Shown piece after piece: positions 1 to 7,725 of a stretch of 32,000 nt of DNA (position 1 is the first letter of the stretch; each line of letters opens with the position of its first letter). The position numbers and the translations under genes are program-made. The stretch spans positions 1,290,001-1,322,000 of the forward strand of contig NC_000964.3 of the NCBI RefSeq assembly GCF_000009045.1, written 5' to 3'. The notes beneath the pieces were generated by a model. It was not told where the DNA came from. It searched no databases and saw nothing but the letters and a program-made list of their open reading frames with translations. The stretch comes from Bacillus subtilis subsp. subtilis str. 168. GTDB lineage: Bacteria > Bacillota > Bacilli > Bacillales > Bacillaceae.

Positions 1-17
1 TTGACTTGAAAGGATGA

Positions 18-644
18 GTGATAAAAGTGCAAACCAAATGGCTGGAACGGGCACAGCGGATTCGGGCGATCGCCCAAGCGGGGCTTGCTTTTTCCAAGGA
101 TGTGTACGACAGGGAGAGGTACGAAGAGCTAATGAAGCTTAGCGCGGAAATGATGGCGGATTACTCGGAGAAGGACATTGAAGTTATCACTGATTTATGG
201 CAAGGCGAGAAGGGCTATCCAACACCGAAAGCGGATGTTCGCGGCGCTGTATTCAGAGAGAATCAGATTTTGCTTGTCCGGGAGAAGCATGATGAGCTGT
301 GGTCGCTGCCGGGCGGATTTTGCGAGATTGGTTTATCGCCGGCTGAAAACGTTGTCAAGGAAATCAAAGAAGAGTCGGGGTACGATACAGAGCCGTCTCG
401 ATTGCTGGCCGTGCTAGACAGCCATAAACACTCTCATCCCCCTCAGCCTTATCACTATTATAAAATCTTCATCGCATGCAGCATGACGGACGGGCAGGGG
501 GAAACAGGGATCGAGACGAATCATGCCGCTTTTTTTCCGGAAGACAGACTCCCGCCGCTTTCTCCTAAACGAAACACACCCTCACAGCTTAGCATGCTGT
601 TTGACTTTTTGCGCCATCCGGACAAGAAAACGATATTTGACTAA
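18..644 (+). CDS. yjhB: NUDIX-family hydrolase (ADP-ribose pyrophosphatase-like) with helical N-terminal domain
   Basis: 208-aa ORF. Nudix-box-like motif GGFCEIGLSPAENVVKEIKEESGY at residues 99-122; two consensus positions deviate (GE->GL, RE->KE). An in-frame TGA at 15-17 closes the frame upstream. The GTG at 18 lies only 3 nt after AAGGA, so the in-frame GTG at 27 is an alternative start. A hairpin terminator follows. Recognised from memory as YjhB. Confidence 0.88.
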   Translation: MIKVQTKWLERAQRIRAIAQAGLAFSKDVYDRERYEELMKLSAEMMADYSEKDIEVITDLWQGEKGYPTPKADVRGAVFRENQILLVREKHDELWSLPGGFCEIGLSPAENVVKEIKEESGYDTEPSRLLAVLDSHKHSHPPQPYHYYKIFIACSMTDGQGETGIETNHAAFFPEDRLPPLSPKRNTPSQLSMLFDFLRHPDKKTIFD

Positions 645-676
645 AAAAGAAAGAGCCTGTGGGCTCTTTCTTTTTT
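644..676. terminator. Bidirectional rho-independent terminator shared by convergent yjhB and yjiA
   Basis: Stem AGAAAGAGCC (648-657) / GGCTCTTTCT (662-671), loop TGTG, flanked by an A-run and a T-run (aaaaaagaaagagcctgtgggctctttctttttt). Confidence 0.85.
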
Positions 677-953
677 ATAATGTAATGTGTTTTTCGTTGG
701 CGAGTTTCAGAAGGGTCAAAATAGAATCGGCTTGTTTATGGCCGAGTTTTTGCTTTAATTTGTTTTCTTCAACTAATCGGCTGCCATAAATTTTGACGGA
801 GGCTTTGTCGACGACAGTATGCCAGTTTTCCTGTTTTTTTCCCTCAACAAGCGGTTTTTCATGTCTCTCAGAAAAAGAGAACACAAAGAGTACGAATGCA
901 AGTGAAAGTAGGATTCCGACAACTTGTTTTTTGTAATCAGTCTGTGCTGCCAC
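675..953 (-). CDS. yjiA: Small N-terminally membrane-anchored protein of unknown function
   Basis: 92-aa ORF with a GTG start preceded by GAAGGAGAG and a 6-nt spacer. One hydrophobic helix, VVGILLSLAFVLFVFSF. Ends inside the shared terminator. Confidence 0.75.
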   Translation of the reverse strand: MAAQTDYKKQVVGILLSLAFVLFVFSFSERHEKPLVEGKKQENWHTVVDKASVKIYGSRLVEENKLKQKLGHKQADSILTLLKLANEKHITL

Positions 954-1343
954 GTTGTTCTCTCCTTCACCTTTTACCTTCTATTTAATCATAGAACCAA
1001 ATTATTTTACATAATGGGAAAGTCATTTTTGGAGTTAGTGCATTTGGTTGAAAACAGAGACGTTTTTTGAGCGGAGCGGTGCAATTGAATCCATATTGGA
1101 TTTGCGTGCTTATGCCTAAGGTCACGTTGTGAGCCAAAACAGCAGTGCAGAATAGAAAAAAATTGAAAGATTATGGTAAGATGAACGAAATTCGAGGGGG
1201 AATATATGATGCCTGCATCGAACATCGTGATCGCCTGCCTGCTGTTATCAATTTAATTATTTGTGGTAGTCCCTCTCTTTTTCGAAAGCGGGAGGTGAAG
1301 TGGAACATTAATTGCTGAATTCTTTCAAGGGGAGTGACCGTAC

Positions 1344-2534
1344 ATGAATGTGTTAAACCGCCGGCAAGCCTTGCAGCGAGCGCTGCTCAATGGGAAAAAC
1401 AAACAGGATGCGTATCATCCGTTTCCATGGTATGAATCGATGAGAAAGGATGCGCCTGTTTCCTTTGATGAAGAAAACCAAGTGTGGAGCGTTTTTCTTT
1501 ATGATGATGTCAAAAAAGTTGTTGGGGATAAAGAGTTGTTTTCCAGTTGCATGCCGCAGCAGACAAGCTCTATTGGAAATTCCATCATTAACATGGACCC
1601 GCCGAAGCATACAAAAATCCGTTCAGTCGTGAACAAAGCCTTTACTCCGCGCGTGATGAAGCAATGGGAACCGAGAATTCAAGAAATCACAGATGAACTG
1701 ATTCAAAAATTTCAGGGGCGCAGTGAGTTTGACCTTGTTCACGATTTTTCATACCCGCTTCCGGTTATTGTGATATCTGAGCTGCTGGGAGTGCCTTCAG
1801 CGCATATGGAACAGTTTAAAGCATGGTCTGATCTTCTGGTCAGTACACCGAAGGATAAAAGTGAAGAAGCTGAAAAAGCCTTTTTGGAAGAACGAGATAA
1901 GTGTGAGGAAGAACTGGCCGCGTTTTTTGCCGGCATCATAGAAGAAAAGCGAAACAAACCGGAACAGGATATTATTTCTATTTTAGTGGAAGCGGAAGAA
2001 ACAGGCGAGAAGCTGTCCGGTGAAGAGCTGATTCCGTTTTGCACGCTGCTGCTGGTGGCCGGAAATGAAACCACTACAAACCTGATTTCAAATGCGATGT
2101 ACAGCATATTAGAAACGCCAGGCGTTTACGAGGAACTGCGCAGCCATCCTGAACTGATGCCTCAGGCAGTGGAGGAAGCCTTGCGTTTCAGAGCGCCGGC
2201 CCCGGTTTTGAGGCGCATTGCCAAGCGGGATACGGAGATCGGGGGGCACCTGATTAAAGAAGGTGATATGGTTTTGGCGTTTGTGGCATCGGCAAATCGT
2301 GATGAAGCAAAGTTTGACAGACCGCACATGTTTGATATCCGCCGCCATCCCAATCCGCATATTGCGTTTGGCCACGGCATCCATTTTTGCCTTGGGGCCC
2401 CGCTTGCCCGTCTTGAAGCAAATATCGCGTTAACGTCTTTGATTTCTGCTTTTCCTCATATGGAGTGCGTCAGTATCACTCCGATTGAAAACAGTGTGAT
2501 ATACGGATTAAAGAGCTTCCGTGTGAAAATGTAA
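1344..2534 (+). CDS. yjiB: Cytochrome P450 monooxygenase (CYP109 family)
   Basis: 396 aa. Cys-ligand loop FGHGIHFCLGAPLA, I-helix AGNETT, K-helix EEALR. SD AAGGGGAG 7 nt before the ATG. Recognised as B. subtilis YjiB/CYP109B1. Confidence 0.96.
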   Translation: MNVLNRRQALQRALLNGKNKQDAYHPFPWYESMRKDAPVSFDEENQVWSVFLYDDVKKVVGDKELFSSCMPQQTSSIGNSIINMDPPKHTKIRSVVNKAFTPRVMKQWEPRIQEITDELIQKFQGRSEFDLVHDFSYPLPVIVISELLGVPSAHMEQFKAWSDLLVSTPKDKSEEAEKAFLEERDKCEEELAAFFAGIIEEKRNKPEQDIISILVEAEETGEKLSGEELIPFCTLLLVAGNETTTNLISNAMYSILETPGVYEELRSHPELMPQAVEEALRFRAPAPVLRRIAKRDTEIGGHLIKEGDMVLAFVASANRDEAKFDRPHMFDIRRHPNPHIAFGHGIHFCLGAPLARLEANIALTSLISAFPHMECVSITPIENSVIYGLKSFRVKM

Positions 2535-2556
2535 TAGATAAGGAGACTGGAGATTC

Positions 2557-3735
2557 ATGAAAAAGTACCATATTTCGATGATCAATATCCCGGCGTACGG
2601 ACATGTCAATCCTACGCTTGCTTTAGTAGAGAAGCTTTGTGAGAAAGGGCACCGTGTCACGTACGCGACGACTGAGGAGTTTGCGCCCGCTGTTCAGCAA
2701 GCCGGTGGAGAAGCATTGATCTATCATACATCCTTGAATATTGATCCTAAGCAAATCAGGGAGATGATGGAAAAGAATGACGCGCCCCTCAGCCTTTTGA
2801 AAGAATCACTCAGCATTCTGCCGCAGCTTGAGGAGTTATATAAGGATGATCAGCCTGATCTGATCATCTATGACTTTGTTGCGCTGGCTGGTAAATTGTT
2901 TGCTGAAAAGCTTAATGTTCCGGTCATTAAGCTCTGTTCGTCATATGCCCAAAATGAATCCTTTCAGTTAGGAAATGAAGACATGCTGAAAAAAATAAGA
3001 GAAGCAGAGGCTGAATTTAAAGCCTACTTGGAGCAAGAGAAGTTGCCGGCTGTTTCATTTGAACAGTTAGCTGTGCCGGAAGCATTAAATATTGTCTTTA
3101 TGCCGAAGTCTTTTCAGATTCAGCATGAGACGTTCGATGACCGTTTCTGTTTTGTCGGCCCCTCTCTCGGAGAACGGAAGGAAAAAGAAAGCCTGTTGAT
3201 TGACAAGGATGATCGCCCGCTTATGCTGATTTCTTTGGGTACGGCGTTTAACGCATGGCCGGAATTTTACAAGATGTGCATCAAGGCATTTCGGGATTCT
3301 TCATGGCAAGTGATCATGTCGGTTGGGAAAACGATTGATCCAGAAAGCTTGGAGGATATTCCTGCTAACTTTACCATTCGCCAAAGTGTGCCGCAGCTTG
3401 AGGTGTTAGAGAAAGCTGATTTGTTCATCTCTCATGGCGGGATGAACAGTACGATGGAAGCGATGAACGCAGGTGTGCCGCTTGTCGTCATTCCGCAAAT
3501 GTATGAGCAGGAGCTCACTGCAAATCGGGTTGATGAATTAGGCCTTGGCGTTTATTTGCCGAAAGAGGAAGTGACTGTTTCCAGCCTGCAGGAAGCGGTT
3601 CAGGCTGTATCCAGTGATCAAGAGCTGCTCAGCCGCGTCAAGAATATGCAAAAGGATGTAAAAGAAGCTGGCGGAGCGGAGCGTGCGGCAGCTGAGATTG
3701 AAGCGTTTATGAAAAAATCCGCTGTCCCGCAGTAA
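2557..3735 (+). CDS. yjiC: UDP-glycosyltransferase, GT1 family (macrolide-glycosyltransferase-like)
   Basis: 392 aa. N-terminal PAYGHVNP acceptor-site motif and C-terminal nucleotide-sugar motif SHGGMNSTMEAMNAGVPLVVIPQMYEQ. SD AAGGAGA. Starts 22 nt after the yjiB stop, so the two genes form an operon. Confidence 0.96.
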   Translation: MKKYHISMINIPAYGHVNPTLALVEKLCEKGHRVTYATTEEFAPAVQQAGGEALIYHTSLNIDPKQIREMMEKNDAPLSLLKESLSILPQLEELYKDDQPDLIIYDFVALAGKLFAEKLNVPVIKLCSSYAQNESFQLGNEDMLKKIREAEAEFKAYLEQEKLPAVSFEQLAVPEALNIVFMPKSFQIQHETFDDRFCFVGPSLGERKEKESLLIDKDDRPLMLISLGTAFNAWPEFYKMCIKAFRDSSWQVIMSVGKTIDPESLEDIPANFTIRQSVPQLEVLEKADLFISHGGMNSTMEAMNAGVPLVVIPQMYEQELTANRVDELGLGVYLPKEEVTVSSLQEAVQAVSSDQELLSRVKNMQKDVKEAGGAERAAAEIEAFMKKSAVPQ

Positions 3736-3742
3736 AAACATA

Positions 3743-3771
3743 AAAACCGAAATCAATTTGATTTCGGTTTT
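3743..3771. terminator. Bidirectional terminator between yjiC and the convergent Zn-ribbon gene
   Basis: AAAACCGAAATCA atT TGATTTCGGTTTT: a near-perfect 13-bp stem with A/T flanks. Confidence 0.88.
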
Positions 3772-3775
3772 CTGT

Positions 3776-3964
3776 TTAAATATTTTTTTTCATCCCGCAT
3801 CTCCGGCATTCTCTAAGAAATTTTCCGCCTTTTACAGAGCTTTTGAACAGTGTGTAATCACAGTTGTCGCAGCGCCCGCTGCGGGCATCCGGATATTCAT
3901 TGAATTCGTAAACAATCGATGTATCGTAGCCTTTTGTTTCATATTCTTCTTTTTTGGTTTCCAT
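3776..3964 (-). CDS. 62-aa Zn-ribbon micro-protein (CxxC-N19-CxxC) with acidic N-terminus
   Basis: Strong SD (GGAGGAT, 5 nt before the ATG; plus strand reads catgtcgatcctccg). Motifs CDNC and CRRC lie 19 residues apart. It has its own terminator. I do not recall a gene name. Confidence 0.7.
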   Translation of the reverse strand: METKKEEYETKGYDTSIVYEFNEYPDARSGRCDNCDYTLFKSSVKGGKFLRECRRCGMKKNI

Positions 3965-4137
3965 GTCGATCCTCCGTTACAAGACGTGTCTGCTGTTTAT
4001 CTTACAGCAAGCTTCCGGCGTATTCAATGGATTTTAGGAGGTTGGGTTTATCTTGATTTCTCCCTTGGTTTGCGCCAAAATAGCTTTATTAAGCTTATAT
4101 ACATAAAAAGCCTATGCAAAGAGGAGAGGAAACGGGT

Positions 4138-4950
4138 ATGGGAAAAGGGTTACTTGGAAAACGCGTGGCAATCGGTGGCTCACGAAAAACGGAAGAAATT
4201 AGTACAATCATTGAAAAACAGGGCGGAATACCTGTCATCCGGCCTCTCCAAGGTACAGTTTACTTAGCAGAGAAGCAGGTGGAGCCGGATTTGCGGACGT
4301 TTGCGGAAGAAAAAGCTGACTGGGTCATTTTCACGACAGGCATCGGGTTGGAGACTCTTGTCGATATGGCAGAGAAAATTGGACTGAAAGATGAGTTTCT
4401 GCAGGCCATTCGCCAAGCGAAAGCGGCATGCCGGGGATACAAAACGCTGTCTGCGCTGAAAAAGCTTGGAATCACACCGGAAGCTTCGGATGAAGACGGG
4501 ACAACAAGAGGCTTAATCCGTTCCTTGGAGCCTCACGACTTTTCAGGAAAAACAGTCATGGTGCAGCTTCATGGCGAAAAAGCGCCGGCTCTCATGGCAT
4601 TTCTTGAAGAAAAAGGCGCGTCTGTCCTGCCGATTCTGCCTTATCAGCACATCCCGCCGGAGGAGGAAACGGTGGAGCGGTTATGCCGAGAGCTGATGAA
4701 CGATGAGGTCGATGCCGTTTGTTTTACAACGGCCATTCAGGTTCGTTCCCTGTTTGATTTTGCCAAGGGGCGAGGTTATATCAATGAAGTGAAGAAGGTA
4801 TTCGAAGAACGCGCCATCGCAGCTGCTGTCGGAAAAGTGACTGCTGAAGCACTGCGGGAAGAGGGCATTACGAGACTGCTTGCGCCAGAGATTGAGCGGA
4901 TGGGTGCGATGATTGTTGAGCTGGCCAAGTATTATGAAGAAAAGGAATAA
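4138..4950 (+). CDS. yjjA: Uroporphyrinogen-III synthase (HemD/HEM4)-like protein, orphan paralogue
   Basis: Start reset to the ATG at 4138 (MGKGLLGKRVAIGG), 7 nt after GAGGAGAGGA. The ORF-track ATG at 4114 has no SD. The two-lobed HemD-like sequence pattern is recognised from memory as YjjA (270 aa). Confidence 0.85.
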   Translation: MGKGLLGKRVAIGGSRKTEEISTIIEKQGGIPVIRPLQGTVYLAEKQVEPDLRTFAEEKADWVIFTTGIGLETLVDMAEKIGLKDEFLQAIRQAKAACRGYKTLSALKKLGITPEASDEDGTTRGLIRSLEPHDFSGKTVMVQLHGEKAPALMAFLEEKGASVLPILPYQHIPPEEETVERLCRELMNDEVDAVCFTTAIQVRSLFDFAKGRGYINEVKKVFEERAIAAAVGKVTAEALREEGITRLLAPEIERMGAMIVELAKYYEEKE

Positions 4951-4957
4951 CAAGTAC

Positions 4958-4990
4958 AAAAAGCCGCTTTTCCCTCGGAAAGCGGCTTTT
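4958..4990. terminator. Bidirectional terminator between convergent yjjA and yjkA
   Basis: AAAAGCCGCTTT tccctcgg AAAGCGGCTTTT. Confidence 0.88.
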
Positions 4991-4995
4991 GTCTG

Positions 4996-5748
4996 TCATT
5001 CATTTTGCTTCAGCTGCTGATGAACGGTGAATAATGATGGGTATGTCAGCACGCTTAAGATTACACAAGTCAGCGCGGCTGAGGCCATCGTTGTAAACAC
5101 GATTAAGAGTTGAAAGCGTACTGCCTGAATCGGGTCCGCGCCGGCTAGAATCTGGCCAGTCATCATGCCGGGAAGCTGGACAAGACCCAGTGTTTTCTGG
5201 CTTTCGAGCGTCGGGATCATACTCATTTTCATCGCTGAGGTAAGAATGCGCTGTATGGATTGCTTCGGTGTGCCGCCAAGTGACAATATTAATTGAATTT
5301 CTTCTTTGCGAACGCCGACTTCTGAGTTAAGCCGGTTTAGAAACAAACTTGAGAGCACCATCGAATTTCCGATGACCATCCCGCTGATCGGAATGACATA
5401 TCGTGCCGTAAGCGGAATGATATGAAGAGACAGCAGAATTCCCTGCGTCACAATTTCTACGATTGCTAACGCGGCAAACACCCTCCAAAACGAACCGATA
5501 GTATTTTTCTTTCGCTTGATGACATTTTGCGCCGCCACCGCGAGCATTAACAGCACCATCAGCAGGATAAAAACAGGGTGGTCTCCGCGAAAAATCAGCG
5601 ACAAAACATAACCGATGATAAGCAGCTGCACCGCGGCCCGGATGGTGGCGATGATCATGTCTTTTTCTACACCGGCTTTAAAGGATTTTGATAAAAACAA
5701 GGCGATCAAAACAAAGATCATCGTTAAAGAGAGAGAAAGGTAATCCAT
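4996..5748 (-). CDS. yjkA: ABC-type permease, UPF0014 / FetB(YbbM)-like
   Basis: 250-aa polytopic membrane protein. Its ATG overlaps the yjkB stop (TAATG), which implies translational coupling. Confidence 0.88.
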   Translation of the reverse strand: MDYLSLSLTMIFVLIALFLSKSFKAGVEKDMIIATIRAAVQLLIIGYVLSLIFRGDHPVFILLMVLLMLAVAAQNVIKRKKNTIGSFWRVFAALAIVEIVTQGILLSLHIIPLTARYVIPISGMVIGNSMVLSSLFLNRLNSEVGVRKEEIQLILSLGGTPKQSIQRILTSAMKMSMIPTLESQKTLGLVQLPGMMTGQILAGADPIQAVRFQLLIVFTTMASAALTCVILSVLTYPSLFTVHQQLKQNE

Positions 5749-6500
5749 TACCGAGTGCCTCCCTTCAAAAATTCTTTCGCTGCTTCATGCTGCGGAGCGG
5801 AGAAAAATGTGTCGGTTTCAGCGATTTCAAGCAGCCGGCCATCTGCCATAAACCAAATGGTATCGGCTATTCGTTTTGCCTGCTCCATATTATGAGTGAC
5901 CCACATGACTGTCCATTTTTTCTCTTGATGCTGACGTTTGATCAGTTCTTCAATCTCAAGAGCAGAGACCGGGTCCAAGGCCGATGTGATTTCGTCCAAC
6001 AATAGAATGGAGGAAGGATTTGAGAGCGTTCTGGCCAGTGACAGTCTTTGCCGCTGCCCGCCCGATAAGTCTCTGGCGCTTCTGTCTAACAACTCTGGCG
6101 GCAGCCCTGCAAGCGAAGCCAGCTTTTCAGGAGAGTACAGCTGGGATTGATGCAGCCTTTGTACAAGACTTAAATTGTCACGCACTGTCCCGTCGAGCAC
6201 GGGAGCCGATTGAAACGCGAGGGCTGCCGTTCGCCTCAGCTCATTGACATTCCATTCTCTGACTTCCTTTCCGTATATGTTGACTTCGCCGCTGTCAGGC
6301 GTTCTCATTAAATTACACATAGAAAGGAGGGTGCTTTTGCCTGAGCCGGAAGGGCCTAAAACGGCTACGATTGCACCCTGTTGAATGTCTCCGGTGACAT
6401 CCTGCAGCACATCATAGGTTTGTCCATCTTGTTTATAGCTTTTTCTGACTGATCTGAAGGAGATGGCTGGTATGTTTTGTGTTTGATCGTTTGCTTCCAT
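5748..6500 (-). CDS. yjkB: ABC transporter ATP-binding protein, FetA(YbbL)-like
   Basis: Walker A GPSGSGKST, signature LSGGQRQR, Walker B ILLLDE. Start reset to the ATG at 6500 (MEANDQ), 8 nt after AAAGGTGA. The ORF-track GTG at 6512 lies inside that SD. Confidence 0.92.
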   Translation of the reverse strand: MEANDQTQNIPAISFRSVRKSYKQDGQTYDVLQDVTGDIQQGAIVAVLGPSGSGKSTLLSMCNLMRTPDSGEVNIYGKEVREWNVNELRRTAALAFQSAPVLDGTVRDNLSLVQRLHQSQLYSPEKLASLAGLPPELLDRSARDLSGGQRQRLSLARTLSNPSSILLLDEITSALDPVSALEIEELIKRQHQEKKWTVMWVTHNMEQAKRIADTIWFMADGRLLEIAETDTFFSAPQHEAAKEFLKGGTR

Positions 6501-6584
6501 TACAATAATCACCTTTCAATATAAGTAGGCTGACATTATATTTAACTATAACGTGAAACAGATTCCTTTTGGTAGCACAAATAA

Positions 6585-6612
6585 AGGAGAACAGGCTTTC
6601 ACCCATTCTCCT
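6585..6612 (-). terminator. Possible weak terminator of yjlA
   Basis: 7-bp stem AGGAGAA/TTCTCCT with a 14-nt loop, followed on the minus strand by TTATTTGT. This is a marginal structure. Confidence 0.3.
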
Positions 6613-6619
6613 GCAGATG

Positions 6620-7594
6620 CTACGCAGTCAGATTTGACTGTGCTTTCTTTTTCGGTTTTCTCGGCTGTGAAGCGAAGGTATGTAACATCATCCCCGCTAT
6701 TATAATGAACAAACCGGCAAATGATAATAGAGATGGGAAAACGCCTGACAGCAGAACAATTTCACCAAGCAGCGCGAAAATCACTTCACCGGATTGAGTG
6801 GCTTCAACAGCTGCGAGTTTTTGCGGATTGTCTCTTACCATATCAGTGGCCCAGAAAAATAAAACCGTCGCAATGATGCCTGAGCTGACGGCAACGATAA
6901 AGGATTGAACGGTTTGACTTGCTGTTGGAAGGCCATCTGACCACCAGCCGTAAGCTGCTAATATAAGCCAGAATGGAAGGCTTGCCAATGTCATTCCAAG
7001 CACGCGCTGAAATGTATCAAGCCGGCCTCCGTATTCTTCGAGCATTCTTCGGTTTCCTAACGGATAGGCAAAAGCCGCAATGACAACCGGCAGCACACTG
7101 AAAAGCAGCATCCTCCCAGAAAGCGATTCTGCATGCTGAAGCTGAATCAGAGCCGCTCCAATCAGGATGATCACAGAAGTGCCAAGTGAAACCAGGGGAA
7201 TCTTTTGGCGAATGAGCTGCGGACCGCCCGGCATATCTTGTTTGACATAAAACAAAGGAGATAAGAGCACCCCGGCTACAATTGTAATTTGCCAGGTTCC
7301 AGCTATGAGCCACCCCGGACCGTATGCAGCCGCAAATGTAATCGGTGCGTAAAAAAGCACGAAACCGACGAAGCTCCATTTGATCCAATAAAACGGCTTT
7401 TTCCTCATTTCTAGTAAGAGAGGCGTGAATGTCCCTCTCATGATGACAATCAAACATAAAAATGGCACCATAAAAATAAAGCGCAGCGAAGAGCTCCAAA
7501 GCCAGCTGCCTCCTGATAACTCCATCGCTCTGTTTAATATAAAGGTAACGGCGAAAAAGAGTGAAGCCAATATTCCGATAACGATAGCTTTCAT
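6620..7594 (-). CDS. yjlA: Polytopic (about 10 TM) membrane protein, DMT/EmrE-like putative transporter
   Basis: Highly hydrophobic 324-aa product. Start reset to the ATG at 7594 (MKAIVIG) downstream of GAGGGA. The ORF-track ATG at 7606 overlaps that SD. Confidence 0.82.
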   Translation of the reverse strand: MKAIVIGILASLFFAVTFILNRAMELSGGSWLWSSSLRFIFMVPFLCLIVIMRGTFTPLLLEMRKKPFYWIKWSFVGFVLFYAPITFAAAYGPGWLIAGTWQITIVAGVLLSPLFYVKQDMPGGPQLIRQKIPLVSLGTSVIILIGAALIQLQHAESLSGRMLLFSVLPVVIAAFAYPLGNRRMLEEYGGRLDTFQRVLGMTLASLPFWLILAAYGWWSDGLPTASQTVQSFIVAVSSGIIATVLFFWATDMVRDNPQKLAAVEATQSGEVIFALLGEIVLLSGVFPSLLSFAGLFIIIAGMMLHTFASQPRKPKKKAQSNLTA

Positions 7595-7725
7595 GATATC
7601 CCTCATTCTGGCATTATTTTTTTATACTATACTATTCGGTATCATGCAGATCAATGGAATCATGAGAAAAACATCATGTTTGGCGAACCGCTATATGTGG
7701 AAGACAAAAAAGGGAGGTGAAATTG

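Noticed and set aside
99-122. Deviant Nudix box in YjhB (GL for GE, KE for RE) as a sign of a pseudo-enzyme
   Set aside because: The catalytic EExxG(Y) part (KEIKEESGY) is intact. Such substitutions occur in active ADP-ribose-type Nudix subfamilies, so the evidence is insufficient.
1007-1225. 72-aa minus-strand ORF in the yjiA-yjiB intergenic region
   Set aside because: There is no convincing SD before its ATG and the composition is not protein-like. It is antisense to the much better supported SD-led 16-codon ORF, and its 5' end lies in the P450 leader.
1262-1300. Possible attenuator hairpin CCCTCTCTTT ... AAAGCGGGAGG after the upstream ORF in the yjiB leader
   Set aside because: Base-by-base pairing gives several mismatches and mostly G-U pairs. 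It is not a stable structure by eye, so I make no attenuator claim.
3758-4267. 169-aa plus-strand ORF spanning the Zn-ribbon gene (antisense), the intergenic region and the yjjA start
   Set aside because: It has no SD and a low-complexity, Phe-rich translation. It runs antisense through a well-supported gene, crosses a promoter region, and overlaps yjjA out of frame.
7017-7499. 160-aa ORF on the same strand as yjlA in another frame
   Set aside because: It lies entirely inside yjlA. The Arg/Cys-rich translation is typical of an off-frame reading of a membrane-protein gene, and there is no SD.
7641-7678. Three direct ATCATG hexamers (7641, 7659, 7673) and a tandem TATAC-TATAC (7624-7633) in the yjlA/yjlB divergent region
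   Set aside because: These are short AT-rich motifs picked out post hoc. The spacing is irregular (18 and 14 bp), and chance occurrence cannot be excluded without conservation data.
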